DNA of 63,715 nucleotides, the filler included, from Sphacelaria rigidula (lineage: Eukaryota): NCBI GenBank assembly GCA_964200075.2. It is 8 parts of 8 records of this genome, joined end to end, with 100 filler letters (N's around TTAATTAATTAA, not from the genome) between each part and the next. Parts side by side here need not be neighbours in the genome. Positions count along the whole stretch, not along the records: positions 23,935 to 31,811 come from CAXNAA020013130.1; positions 31,912 to 39,787 come from CAXNAA020013131.1; 6 more parts are not named here. The stretch is one strand, 5' to 3'. Of this stretch, positions 25,252 to 37,314 are shown piece after piece. The translations under genes and the position numbers were made by a program. The notes beneath the pieces are model-generated. The model saw only the letters and a list, made by a program, of their open reading frames with translations. It had not been told where the DNA came from and made no database searches. How positions within the stretch are numbered: the stretch's first letter is position 1; each line of letters begins with the position of its first letter.

Positions 25252-28200
25252 GCGTGGGGCACAGCGGAAGGTCTCGTGGACTCCCTGGACGAACCGAATC
25301 CTACGATCACGCCAAAAGCGAAGGATCTTCTCATGAGGAGTCGCTACCCACGTCGTTGGATCTTTCTTTTAATTCTGGACGAGACGGTTTTGTACGAGGT
25401 AGGGGCGGCGGCGGTGCCGGACGCGGACGCGGCCGCGGGCTCCATGGTCATACTCCATTAGTCGGCGGAGGGCGAGGACACAGCGTTCCAGCGGTAGGTG
25501 TTGTTGTTTTTCTCAGCGGTAAGGGGTGCTGATGGGGACTTGTTGGTAAAGCGACCGTCATCTGTCGGGCAGCGGAGTGAGAGAGATCGCTGTTGGTATG
25601 TTACCTCACTCGTGGTGGACTCCAACTCCGCCTGACGCCGGTGTATGGCATCGCAAACGTTTCGTGACTCCGTGTTCATGCACGAATGTCACCGCATTGA
25701 AGGATCTCCACTGCTTGCTTCGCAGTCTCAGGCGGCCGCGTGCATAATGACTTCCGTGGATCTTGAGGATTTCCCTCGGAGTTTCACCGTGTGCAGTTGT
25801 TGTCGACCTTGATGTTGTCTGGAGCGCGCTGTCGTGCGTTGTTTTTCCACCTTGAGTCGCCTTGTTTTGTTATTCATGCTGTCCCCTTCCATGCCTGGTC
25901 CAGATGGGCGGGCCGCGGCGTGGAGGTGAAGGCAATGCCGCTTACGAAACGCAGTTGGCCCAACTTCTCGGCAGGTGAACGAGCGGCGTAATTCTCAACG
26001 GTACACGGTTTAAGGTTCACGTTGCGATGCTTTGACCTTCGGCGGGGGTGATCTATTGAGTTGGCATTTCATTTTACTTGAACAATGTTTGTAGACCTAT
26101 CTGGCCCACCCCGGTGGTGAAATGGTTGAATGAATCAGCACGCTGTGGTGTTGTTTCGGGCTCGGTTTTCTCCAGAGTAAGATTATGCACCTCCTGCCAA
26201 CGACCCTGCATTCATGTCTTCTTCTTATGTTCGTCACATTGGCTCAATCTCTCGAACCCGTGGTCACAGAGTGCAAGGAGCATACCACCCACACTCATAA
26301 ATCAAACAGCCCGCAGAGGAAGGCAAGAAACAAAACATGTACACGAGAAAAGGGCACCTACACCACGATAGATCCGTGTAAGAAACTGGGAGAGAGAATA
26401 TTCCAAAAGACTAGCGTTTGGATGTCACGGCCTTATGTTTCGAGAATATTTGCCCTTTCAATGACAAAACACAAAACTGTTGCGAACCTATTATGCATGC
26501 CATGACCCGATTAAATACATTTACGTTTAGTCACCGCGTCACCCATCCAATGATCAATGGTAGATGGGAAGCAGAGCGGGCAGCGAGCGCAGGCCTGCAA
26601 GGCCGCGCCGCGGCCGCGGCCGCGGTGTCCCTGCAGGATAAACTGCACGCTTCCGCGGCGGAGCTATCGAAGACCCAGGCGGAGTTGGAGTCTACCAGGA
26701 GTGAGCTCGCCCTGCAGCGTCGCGGCCGGGATAGGGCGGAGAGCGAGCTGAGTGACGCCAGAAAACAGGTTCGGCGTTGATATTTCATTTTATAGTGGTG
26801 TTTTTATTCACATACTTCGTCTACGATCTTGATCTTCGGCTGACTATTGACCATAAATTGTCATTTTCTACACCCTGGATAATGACAATGTATGGTCAAT
26901 AGTTGCAATAGACCAAAAGTGCACTGGGTTAAGTGAGGGCCTATTGCAACTACTGTTCGCCGACATAAGACGCAAAAGGCCTGTACTTGACCTCAGAACA
27001 TTTTTTTTATCTGTTGCCGCTATTGACCATATGTTGTCCATGGTGTGTAATGTTCATAACGGTCGGATGAATCATCGCCGGTTCGAATCACCAAATCCAT
27101 AATTTCTGTTGCCTGTTTTGCTCGAAACAGAGGAGAAAAGTTGACTGCGGGTCCAATAAGTCTCTACCCATTTTTTTTCGCTTTTGCACGTGCCCTGCCT
27201 GGGGTGTGCGTACCGGACTGGGGCACATCGTGAAAACAAGGCCCAACGATTGATTCGTACGGTACGAATCAATCATACTTGAATGAAATAATTTTTCAGA
27301 CGAATCCTTTTTCGCCCGAACGTTTGGTCATTATTTTGGCTCTCGGGAAAAGCGTAGCGTCAACACCAGTCGACAGCGAAACATGATGAACACCAGTGAC
27401 TGAACACTATTTTCCTTTCGAAGTGTTTTTTTTTTTTAATTTGTGTATTAAGGAGCAGCTGCGAGAGATGACGCACGGAAAAAAGGAGGAAGGTTTCCAC
27501 CTTGTCACACATCTGTCTCCGCTCGTCGTTCTCTCATGCCTTGCACCGAAGTTTGACATTTTCTCCCCACGCGCGTTTGCTTTGTGATCCCGGGTCGATT
27601 CGTTTTTCTGCATTCATGTTTTCAAAATACATGAAATATCTAGCTTGCCGAGCAGACGCGGAATGCCGAGGCGTGCGCTGAGGACAACAAAACCTTGCGC
27701 TCCAAGTTAGAGGTGAGAGGTCAAGCGTAACACACGCTGGACAGTGAATTTCGTTGTCGAAAAGTGTATCACGTACAGTATCGACTATTGCGTCTATTGC
27801 AGTGGACAATATATTCCCCATTGTCGGATGCATGGACCGCCGGGCCCCTATGGTGTAATGGTCCGACTGTCGCCATGAGAGTGGAGAGAACAAGGGCTCG
27901 ATTCCCGATGCGTTCGATTTTTCCTTCGCAATGTCTGATTTCTACCGTGGAAAGCCTGAGAGCGTGAGTAAACCAAGTAGTCGACTGAGTTTGTGTGACT
28001 TCAGTTGACGCGATGCGAGAGTGCTGACCCAATCCGCGAGACCAAATGCAAGGCGTGTACCGGCGTTAGTGTTGAGATGATCCCTTGAGATAGACCACGG
28101 GCTCGTCCCGATGAAGGGGAGGGGTTCAAAGTCCAACAAATAAATTAAAAAGAGTACGCAGTACACTTTTGGACTATGCAATCTATTGTTCAGGGCGTGA

Positions 28201-30957
28201 AGCGTAAACAAGCGCACCACATATGTCGCGAAACGACATTCGTTGGGAACGCTTGGCTATCTGTCTCCTAGTGTTTTCTCATCACGTGAAAATAGAATGT
28301 CACGTTTTTCAGGTGTCGGATGGATGCTACCCGCTGGTGATAAGAGGATAGCTGGCCGCTCACGTTTGGAACATGTAACTCGGTTGTTACCAAAGAAGCA
28401 AAAACAGACAAACGATAAATCCATGCCACATATTGTGTCAGTCGACCGAAGTGAATCAACCGCCCTTGCATACCGTAGAGCCATGCTATGATAGGGGCTG
28501 CACTCTTTGCTTCTGGGTCTCTTTCTTGTTGGAGCCTACATATATGGGGCTTACTGTGCAAACCAAACCTCCGGGGACCGGGCATGAAGATGTACGCAGG
28601 GACCTTTTCGTGAATAGGCATCATTTTCAATCTTCTTCAAGTAAAAATGATGCCGATTCTCAAAATAACCCGTCCAACACTCCGAGAAATATTTTGGCTA
28701 AAAAAGTGCAATCCCTACCGTAGCATCACTCCTTATGAAATACCTAGTTTTTTTTTTTTGGCTGATTCGATTGCCGCACATAAGCTGATCCCCGAGGGAC
28801 CCAGCCAAGGTCACAAAACAGATGCCCCCAAGGTTTGAAAACGAAACTGCTCGCTAAGCAATGACTGAAGTGACAAAAACCCAAAAATATTCGAACACGG
28901 AACGAATTTCATTTTTTCTGTTTCCTGTTCCCAACACGATCGAGTTCTCATCAACCTTGTTCAAGCAGCATGAGTTCTGTGAGTGCTAAAATGCGAAACG
29001 TGACGAGCAATCCCTGCGTACGCTTTGAATGCTTGCAAGTCCGGATTTTGTGGTTGCAAGCAATGATCAGCATCACTTGCACACACCTCGAGAAACCCAA
29101 CTGCGTACGGTGCCGTGCCACCCACTATGTCATCGGATAGGCTCTCGAGCCCCTCGCCTCCCAGCTGGACGACACTTCCTCGGAGACGGACAGGCTACGG
29201 GCCAGCCTTCAAGAGACGGCCGACAGGCTACTCCACGCACAAAAGCGCCTAAGAAAACTAGAGGAACTCCGCTCTCAAGAGGCGGAATCTCATAGGCTTG
29301 CCCTCGAGGCCGCGCGCAAGGACTTGGAGGAAGCGGGATCCGAAAATGCGGAACGTTCTCGGGAACGATCTGCGCGGGCAGCGGGATTGCAAGAGCTTCT
29401 CCGAGAGCAAGGGGCGTTGTTAGCTGACAGGTTGTCGGCGGCGTATGTAGGGGTTGGGAGAGGTGGGGGTTTGGGTTGATGGATCGTCATTAGTTGAGTT
29501 AGGATGATGATGACACAAAATCAGCTGTTGTGATTCAAGAGTGACTGGGCAATGTTTCTTGCTGAACGCGGGCGCGGCGTTCTTCACACCCGAGTGACAC
29601 TGGCGTGACCTTGTTCATATTGTAAATTGTGACATTGCATACAGGAAGACGAGAGGTGATTGGATTAAGCGCGAGCTCTTGTTTGACGATTGTACAACGC
29701 CCACCCCATTAGTTACACCACCTATTGTATCATTTTCATCATGGCATATGTCAATGGCAGCTACCACATCGTGCCCTCCGTCCCTCGCCACGTCTCGAAA
29801 CGAACACCAACTTTTCCGGTGCGTCATGACCCACCCGGGGCTACCCAGTCATCCTCCATCCGTGTTCTCCGCATACGCGTAGCCAACACCGGAGCAATTT
29901 TGAGCAGCCTGCCCACCGCTTATACGACTAGACAACAAACCGTTTGAATTTGACGTTGTAGGGAAGGAAAATTAGCAGAAGAGCGCGCGGGAAGGGCGGC
30001 GGAGCGTATGAAGCTGAGGGAGTTGCGCTCCAGGGAGGCTGGACATGTGCGGGAGCTGAAGGAGCGACAGGAAGAGATCGATGACCTCAACCAGGTGACT
30101 GCGTTGTACATGAAGTTTAGTATGTCACTTGTGTGTTGTTGTTATTGTCGGACAACCGCTGTGGGTTACCTTGCAATGGCGAGTCGTACTTTGATGAGAT
30201 GATTTTTCCGCGGTGGAATTTCTGCAGGTACTAATTTACTGTTTCAATCAGTACTGCTTCATGCAAAACAGCAACAAAACCAGTCAGTTCCCAAGGGTAA
30301 TGAACAGGGTGCTCTCCGAGTCATTCGGCCTAGATCCAGTTGTGAGCGAGGTCTTGAGGGAGAAGCCTGGTACAGCATAGCGCAGCACGGCGTGGTAGAG
30401 CCGTATTAAAAAATGAGCGTGCTGTGCCGGATGCGAGGGCAGGTTGAACGAATGACACAAAGATCCTCGACGCTATTGCTCGATCGATTACGCAATGGAG
30501 TAATGGCGTGCACCACAAGCGTTCATCTTGGAAAACATACACTTTTTCGCGCTAGAATTTCACGTATACTGCGGGACAAAGTTACGTCGGCCCTCACGGT
30601 CATTTTTTCGGAGAAACGGGGCTTTGGTGGGGGCCATAAGATTCAACGTACGAGTAGGGAGAGTTTACGTACAGGGGACGCACGCCTCACTTACGTACAT
30701 TCGTGTTGTGCAGGGAAAACAAGAGCCTGCCCGCTGTGTTCGTTTTTCGAAATCACTTTTCAACGTCAGATGAAGGCACGTACCGGCGTGATTTTTGCCC
30801 CTCTTGAATGAACCCGGTTCTTGCTCGCGCTTGCTCGATTCACCTTGCGTAGGTCTTGGCGGAGCTCCAGGAAGGGGACGCTCGTGTCGCCGAGGCCGTG
30901 GGGACTTCCCATGCTCTGGTCATCGAGAAGGAGGCGGTGCAAGTCCGATTAGAAAAG
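25252..30957 (+). CDS. Partial multi-exon gene for a coiled-coil protein; exons 25252-25493, 25904-25974, 26564-26768, 29141-29430, 29962-30094, 30853-30957
   Basis: AG/GT borders with mutually consistent phases (0,2,0,2,0); E/A/L/R/Q-rich heptad-like peptides such as AAELSKTQAELESTRSELALQRR and LQETADRLLHAQKRLRKLEELR. Confidence 0.8.
27059..27323. mobile_element. MITE family D (~260 bp; copies at ~49249-49505, ~55005-55255, ~61108-61362)
   Basis: Shared body (ttcgaatcaccaaatcc...gattgattcgta) and TIR-like ends cggtcggacgaat / attcgtccgaccg. Confidence 0.75.
27838..28150 (+). mobile_element. tRNA-derived SINE family B, apparently full length
   Basis: tggtgtaatggt (A box) and ggctcgattcc (B box), shared body, A-rich tail. 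Confidence 0.78.
28478..28731. mobile_element. MITE with GAG...CTC termini (same TIR family as 38805-39061)
   Basis: gagccatgctatgatagggg / ccctaccgtagcatcactc; flanks cgta and ctta (4 bp, one mismatch). Confidence 0.65.
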
Positions 30958-31039
30958 GTAGGAATCGCGAAGCAGAGTTTGTTGCTGTTGTTGTTTGAAA
31001 GCATGTCATCACGTTGTCAGCTACGTTTGAAAATGAAAA

Positions 31040-31475
31040 CAGGCAATATTCGTCAAAATTCGGCCGAAAACGGTACAAATCGGTCGAAATCGCCATAAAT
31101 ATTGTGAAATTCGACCCACACTTTTTCCTCGACACGAACTCCGATTTTTTCCCCTCTTGTTTCATGAGCATCTCCGTAACTGCATCGTTGAAACGAATCT
31201 AACTATAGCATCGCACACCCCTTAAAATATATTATCCGGGCGCCATGACCGACCTCAGGCAACATTCGTCAAAGTTCGGCCGAAAACGGTACAAATTGGT
31301 CGAAATCGGCCTAAATTTGGTCAAATTCGACCCACCTTTCCCCCTAACACCAACTCTGATTTTTTTCCCCTCCTTGTTTCATGAGCATCTCCGTGACTGC
31401 ATCGTTGCAACGAATCTAACCATAGCATCGCACACCCTTCCGTTCAAAAGATATGATCCGCGCGCCATAACCGAC
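31040..31475. repeat. Tandem duplication, 2 x ~215 bp
   Basis: caggcaatattcgtcaaaattcggccgaaaacggtacaaat... recurs at ~31256. Confidence 0.9.
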
Positions 31476-31485
31476 TTTACTAATG

Positions 31486-31555
<70 letters not shown>
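31486..31555. repeat. (TTG)n microsatellite
   Basis: Direct observation. Confidence 0.98.
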
Positions 31556-31811
31556 CTTGCTGTTGTATTGCGTAGCTCCCACATGGTCACTCTGGTCGGG
31601 TGTTCGTAGCTTCCCTGTCAGATTAATTCCCTCCTCGCTTTTTGGCATGTTGGCGTGTTCATGTGCTACATCGCCGAAGGTCAGCCATCAGTGTATCGAA
31701 TCTTCGCCAAAACAATATGGTGAAAATGAAAGGTGGTTATATCATTAGGATGGCATTGTCCCCCCCTCCCCCCCCCCCACCCTCTGTCCCAGGCCCGCGC
31801 TGGCGATACGA

Positions 31812-31911
31812 NNNNNNNNNNNNNNNNNNNNNNNNNNNNNNNNNNNNNNNNNNNNTTAATTAATTAANNNNNNNNNNNNNNNNNNNNNNNNNNNNNNNNN
31901 NNNNNNNNNNN
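31812..31911. other. Artificial contig linker
   Basis: Same 100-nt linker. Confidence 0.97.
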
Positions 31912-32514
31912 CAGAATTCGCCACGCCACATTGCGGAACACATGTCCTATTTTACACTCCGGTACCGCCGATGTATCAGTATCTTCGTTTACACTGTTTC
32001 CAGACATAGCATTAGACAAATCATGACAAATACGAAACTTTGACGGGAAGACAGCGACCGTCACAGGTGATACGCGAAGACCTGGAATAGCAGAAGCTGC
32101 GTGACGTGGAAAAACAAATGCTCTCCCAAGTAACACATCCTCCACAATTTTCGCCAGCATTTCCGAAGAATATGGTCTGACAGAACTATGGTTTCTATAT
32201 TGGAGCGCCGCAACCAAATCTTCCCGGCAACATACCGCAACCGGTGCCCCGATACTGACAATCTGCACCAATAGATCTATGTGGGGAAACTCTTTCACTT
32301 CGCCAAACCAATGCCGAATCAAAGATACATCAACGCGGGGAACGGGCAATACAGTCAGAGATTCAAGCGTACTGCTAAACGAACCACGTTTGTCTTCCAA
32401 AAACCGTTGGCTTTTTGCTGCTACATTATGGGGTGCTGTATAGGTTGATTGAGGATCGGCCCAGCGCGCTAAACGTTTTAGCGCTACCGCACATTCTTCC
32501 ACATCCCCAGCCAC
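31912..32514 (-). CDS. N-terminal part of the DIRS/Ngaro reverse transcriptase (truncated at the contig end)
   Basis: YRNHSSV, EDVLLGR and GLRVSPVTVAVFPSKFRICHDLS...SVN correspond to RT motifs 1-2 of YR retrotransposons. Confidence 0.85.
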
Positions 32515-32622
32515 ACCTTATTGCTTGTTCAACGCCGACCTCGGTCCTCCCGCCTGCTCGCCTTCCACTGAAACCGCGTGCTGGTCCGAGGTTGGCCCCG
32601 CCTCGAGGCGAGGCCCGCACCC

Positions 32623-34086
32623 CTAGTTGCGGCCCCCACCACCGCTGCCGCCCCCGCCCCCACCGCCATTACCGCGTCCACCAGTGCCGCCCCCGGCGCT
32701 CTGGTTGCTGGGGCGGTTGCTGGTTCCCCCGGTCTCCAAGCCGCCGCCACCGGCGCGACCAGTGCCACCTGCGCGACCAATGCCACCGCCGCCGCCTCCC
32801 CCGCCGCTAGCTCGACGACCGTCGCCCCCGTTGCTGGATCGACGGTTTGCTTTCTTGTTGTGTTCCCATGGGCAGTTCCGGCGACGGCATACTCCTTCCT
32901 TCATCTCCACGAAGCAGAGTCGGTCACGAATTTGGTTATTTCCGGAGCGGGAACGCTTGGTCAGCGACAGTAGGGAAGAGGTGCGGATGCGGATGCCCCG
33001 AAGTCCCCCGCTATCAATGAAGTTTTGCAGGAAAGTCCACTGCGGCGTCACCCCCGGAGGCATGTCCTCGACATTTGGAGGCGTTGGGTGCTGCCGTTGG
33101 AATGCGACGGCGCTAGTGAACAGGCTCGAAGACCACCGACCCAGGTCATCATCAACGAGGGACTCCATCATGACGCATACCTCCGGGTCCAACATCTTGG
33201 CGGGCCATTTGCGGCAGTGTGCCCGTAACAGCGTAGCGTCCTCCTCCATGGTTTCGCGAAAAATCTCCAAACGGACGCGCTCGTCGTCCGACTCCATACC
33301 CACGGAGAGGAGCGTCATGATGGCCTCGATCAGTATCTCGAGGTGCTCGTACAGCGATGTGCTGGTGACGCGTGGGTCGTCGTTCTCCGCCACATACAGC
33401 CGCACGCGAAAGCCGCTCATGGAGTTTAGTTGTTCCATGACGGCGGGGGTAGCTTTGACGATCTCATGCAACACCGCTTGCATCTCCGCCGTCTTCAACC
33501 CGCTGACGGTCGAACGCTCCCCGATCAAAATCCACAACTTCATCATTGTCGGGTTGTTCCACGCTTTTATGCTTTTCTTTCGCACGAGCCTGTTGGACGT
33601 GCGAGGTCGACGCCAATGAAACACGCGGCTGCGTCAAATCGTGGACCGAAGGCTGTCCTTCTCCAGCGTCAAAACCCTCGTTCTCGCGACGGCGGTCCCC
33701 CGGCGTCGCTGATGGCTCTGCCGCGGCGCGGTCTGCCTCCAGGGCCTGAAGCTGTTGAACCGTGCCACGGGCCTCGTCGCGTTCCACCGCGGCCGCATCG
33801 CGCTCGGCTTGCATCTCCTCGAGCTGCGCCCACACCTCGGCTGCCTCGGCTGCCGTGAGCGGACCTCCCCGCGTAGAGGTGCGACCGACCGCGCCCTGGG
33901 TGGTGCACGCCCCGACCCCGATCTACCGGGCGCGCGCCAGGTTGTGCGGGCGCCCCCGCGGCCGCGCCCCCGTGGAGTGCCCCCAGTAGACCCCGATCTA
34001 CCGGGCGCGCGCCGTGTAGTACGGGCGCCCCCGCGGCCGTGCCCCCGTGGAGTGCCCCCAGTCCACGACCTCGTCGCCGCAGGCAT
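32623..34086 (-). CDS. gag-like ORF1 (frameshifted): RG-rich repeats, coiled coil, CCCH zinc finger, Gly-rich tail
   Basis: Overlapping ORFs 33634-34086, 33464-33835 (LEEMQAERDAAAVERDEARG) and 32623-33624 (CFVEMKEGVCRRRNCPWEH), directly upstream of RT. Confidence 0.7.
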
Positions 34087-34318
34087 CTAATGTAGAGAAA
34101 TAATAAGGCGGTCATGCGGACATGGGCCAATATGGGATGGACAAAAGTTTGGCCACTGGTGTTCGGGTTTCAAACACATGCGAGCATCACGCCGAGGTGG
34201 AAACGCATCGTCAAACTTTCGCGGATAGTTTGGACAGTAGCCCCGCCAACCTTACCCGTAGACAAGCCTCGTATTCCTATCGCAAGTTGGAGACATCAGC
34301 TGTCGAGATGTGTCATTG

Positions 34319-34319
<1 letters not shown>

Positions 34320-34359
<40 letters not shown>
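34320..34359. repeat. (GT)n microsatellite
   Basis: Direct observation. Confidence 0.97.
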
Positions 34360-34361
<2 letters not shown>

Positions 34362-34544
34362 CATTTTCCGCTCGCCGGCGTTTAGATCGATGGCTTTTTG
34401 CAGATCACGTCATTTCCGTCATCCCCCCCCCGCGGGAAAAATATGTATGTATAAATAAAACAGAGAACACTTGTGCCCACGGATTCGATATTTGACCGAC
34501 GATCACACACACGCTCTACATCGTGGACACACCAAGCGTCCATG

Positions 34545-36510
34545 ATGAAAACGGCAACATCCTATGATGTTGGTTCAGCGGCGTACGTAGGCTTTTGTAC
34601 GTCGAAGAAAATTATACTCGACCGTTTCCATAGGCAGTTAAAGTTTCGACTGATATTTATTTGGCTGCTTTCCGAAGTTTTTCGGCACTCTGGATTGAAA
34701 AGCGTCTTGACCACCCGCTAATTGACCGGAGGGCAACCCCCCGTGTATATCCGTGGGATCGATGTACCATCGAAACGGCTAGTACACAGGGCAGGTGAGG
34801 CAGAAAACTTGCTGATATATATATATATATATATATATAGGTATTGGACATATTGTTTGCTGCATCTCGAACAGTTTTCGACAGCCCGGGCCACGGAGCG
34901 TGCACACGTGCATCGCTGCTGACCAGACGGCGACCTCCCGTGGATTTCCGTGAAAGATTTGGTCCAGCATAATTGTTTTTTACACAGGTTTCTGCACTTC
35001 GAAGACGACTGACAGCACCGGTAAGTAATCGAACATCCGGGATGGAACGGCAACATCGTATGATGTTGATTCAGCGGCGTTCGTAGGCTTCTGTACTTGT
35101 GAGAAAAACAGAACTCGACAGTTGCACTACAACCGCAACGGCGACCACTTCTGGGTGCGATTGATTCAAAGTTTTAACTGATATATATATATATATATAT
35201 ATATGCTGCCTTCCGAATTATTCCGGCACTCTGAATCAAGAAGCGTTTGCACCATCCGCTAACTGACCAGAGGGCAACCTCCCGTGGATTTCCGTAGGAG
35301 GTTGGTTCAGCATCGGCATTTGGCCCGCAGACGTCTGCACTTCGAAGATGACGCGACAGTTCCGATATACAATCGAAGCAGCAATTGCACATGACAATCG
35401 AGCCAGAAGCCTGCTGAATTTTGGGGCTTTTTGTTCGCTGCAACTCGGAAATTCCCGACAGCCCGGTCAAGGAGCGTGCATATGTGCAACGCTGCTGACC
35501 AGACGGCAACCTCCCCCGAAATTCCGTGAGAGGATGGTTCAGCATATTTGTTTTTCGCTACACAGGCTTCTGCACTTCGAAGACGACTCGACAGCTCCAA
35601 TAGGTAATCGAACCGGCAACCACACGTGCAATTGAGTCAGAAGCCTGTCGGAATGTGTTGGAGCTCATTGTATTGCTGCAACCCAAGATCGGCAGCCCGG
35701 GTCGAGCAGCGTATGTGCAGACACACTATTGACGTGTGCAACGCTAACTGACCAGACAGCAACCCCCTGTGAATCTCACTGACAGGTTGGTTCAGCATAG
35801 GCATTTCTTTACGCAGACTTCTGCCCTTCAAAGACTACTCGACAGTTTCGATAGATAATTGAAACGGCAATCACACAGGGTATTTAGTCAGAAGCCTGCT
35901 GCAATGTTTGGAACTTATTTTTGACTGCAACCCGAAAGAATTTTCGGCAGCCCGGGTCGCGAAGCGTATGTGCAACAAGCTCGAGAAAAGTATGTGCAAC
36001 ACGCTATTTGACCAGACGGCAACCTCTCGGATGTCCTTGAGAGGTTGGTTCAGCACGATAGGTTTCTGCACTTCGATAAAACTCGACAACTCCGGGATGG
36101 CCCAGAGCCGCAATACACACACCTGTGTGTGAGTGAGTCAGAAAACATTCAACATGAGAGTAGGTTTTCTGCACTTCGAACAAACTCGACAGCTCCGGGA
36201 TGATCCGGAATCGGCAATGCACAGACGTGTGCGATTGAGCCAGCAAACCGTGCAGATTTACTTTCGAAAGTAGTTGCTTCCCCTTGCACGAGCATAGGTT
36301 TCTGCACTTCGACAAAACTCGACAGCTCCGAGACGACCCAGAAACGGCAATACAAACATGTGTGCGGTTGAGGAAGAAACATTTAGCATGAGTGTAGGTT
36401 TTCTGCACTTCGACCAAACTCGACAGCTCGGGGATAATCTAAACGGCAATACACAGATGTCTGCGATGGAGCCAGAAAACCGTGCAACTTTACTTTCGAC
36501 AGTAGTTGGT
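34545..36510. repeat. Degenerate array of structured repeat units
   Basis: About 10 copies of ttctgcacttcga..actcgacag and 6 of (c/t)tgaccagacggcaacctc. Confidence 0.9.
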
Positions 36511-36587
36511 TCCAGATAGCTGGCAGCCTGTTTCACAGTGCGTACAGATATACCACAGTGACCAGACATGCCGGTATATGTGATAGC

Positions 36588-36703
36588 ACCACGCCAGGAA
36601 GCTGGTCCACCGCGCAGCCCCGCCTCCTTCGTCCCTTTCAAGCGCGTAGATGCCCTCGCGCCACGCCCGGAAGCTGGCCCCCTGCGCAGCCCCGCCTCCT
36701 TCA
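36588..36703. repeat. Two-copy direct repeat (~42 bp)
   Basis: ccacgcc(a/c)ggaagctgg.cc.c..cgcagccccgcctccttc occurs twice. Confidence 0.85.
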
Positions 36704-37314
36704 CAGCTAATCGATAAAACTTGTCGGTCCCTGTCGAACTGGCCCAACTCCTTCTATGCTCTCTCTGTCCACCTTTTGTGTCTCCAACCTACGCTGATTT
36801 GCGTCTCCTTGTTTTGACTATCCGTGGACTTTCCCGCAAAGTGAACGCTCGGGGCTGACTATTCAACTGTTCCTCCGTGATCCTCAAAAAGCGACTGAAA
36901 TAATAAAAAGGCGGCTGAGTATTTGACTGTTCCTCCATGACCCTAAAAGAGCGGCTGAACTAATAGACGCCTCTTTGGTCAATTCGATGTTTGCAATAAA
37001 CGACGGTTTGCTTCTTTCGGAACAAACCTCCCTTTTATTGCTTTTCTTTCGAATTGCCTTTTTCGTTAATAGTTTCGGGCCCGAAGGCAAGAGAGAGAGA
37101 GAGAGAGAGAGACGACTTCTTGCAGGGCACGATCTCCAAACCCTTCTGCCATAGACTATAATGTCTCTGCTCATGACAACTACTGTCTCTCTCTCCCCCT
37201 TAGAACAACCAGGGGGACACATAAACGCTCCCAGTGTACGTGAAAATTTCAAACGACCAAGTCCCCAAATGGTACTCTACCATCCCTTCACCCATATCGA
37301 GGTCGTGGAGTTTT

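Noticed and set aside
32627-33619. 330-aa Pro-rich plus-strand ORF
   Set aside because: Antisense shadow of the GC-rich gag-like ORF
34919-36030. Canonical hammerhead, hairpin or HDV ribozyme call for the array units
   Set aside because: CTGACCAGA does not fit the hammerhead CUGANGA core, and I could not place the hairpin loop B or HDV catalytic junction motifs by eye; left as a hypothesis
34545-36510. CRISPR array
   Set aside because: The sequences between motifs are homologous to each other rather than unique spacers, unit lengths are irregular (~100-340 bp), no cas genes are present, and the context is eukaryotic
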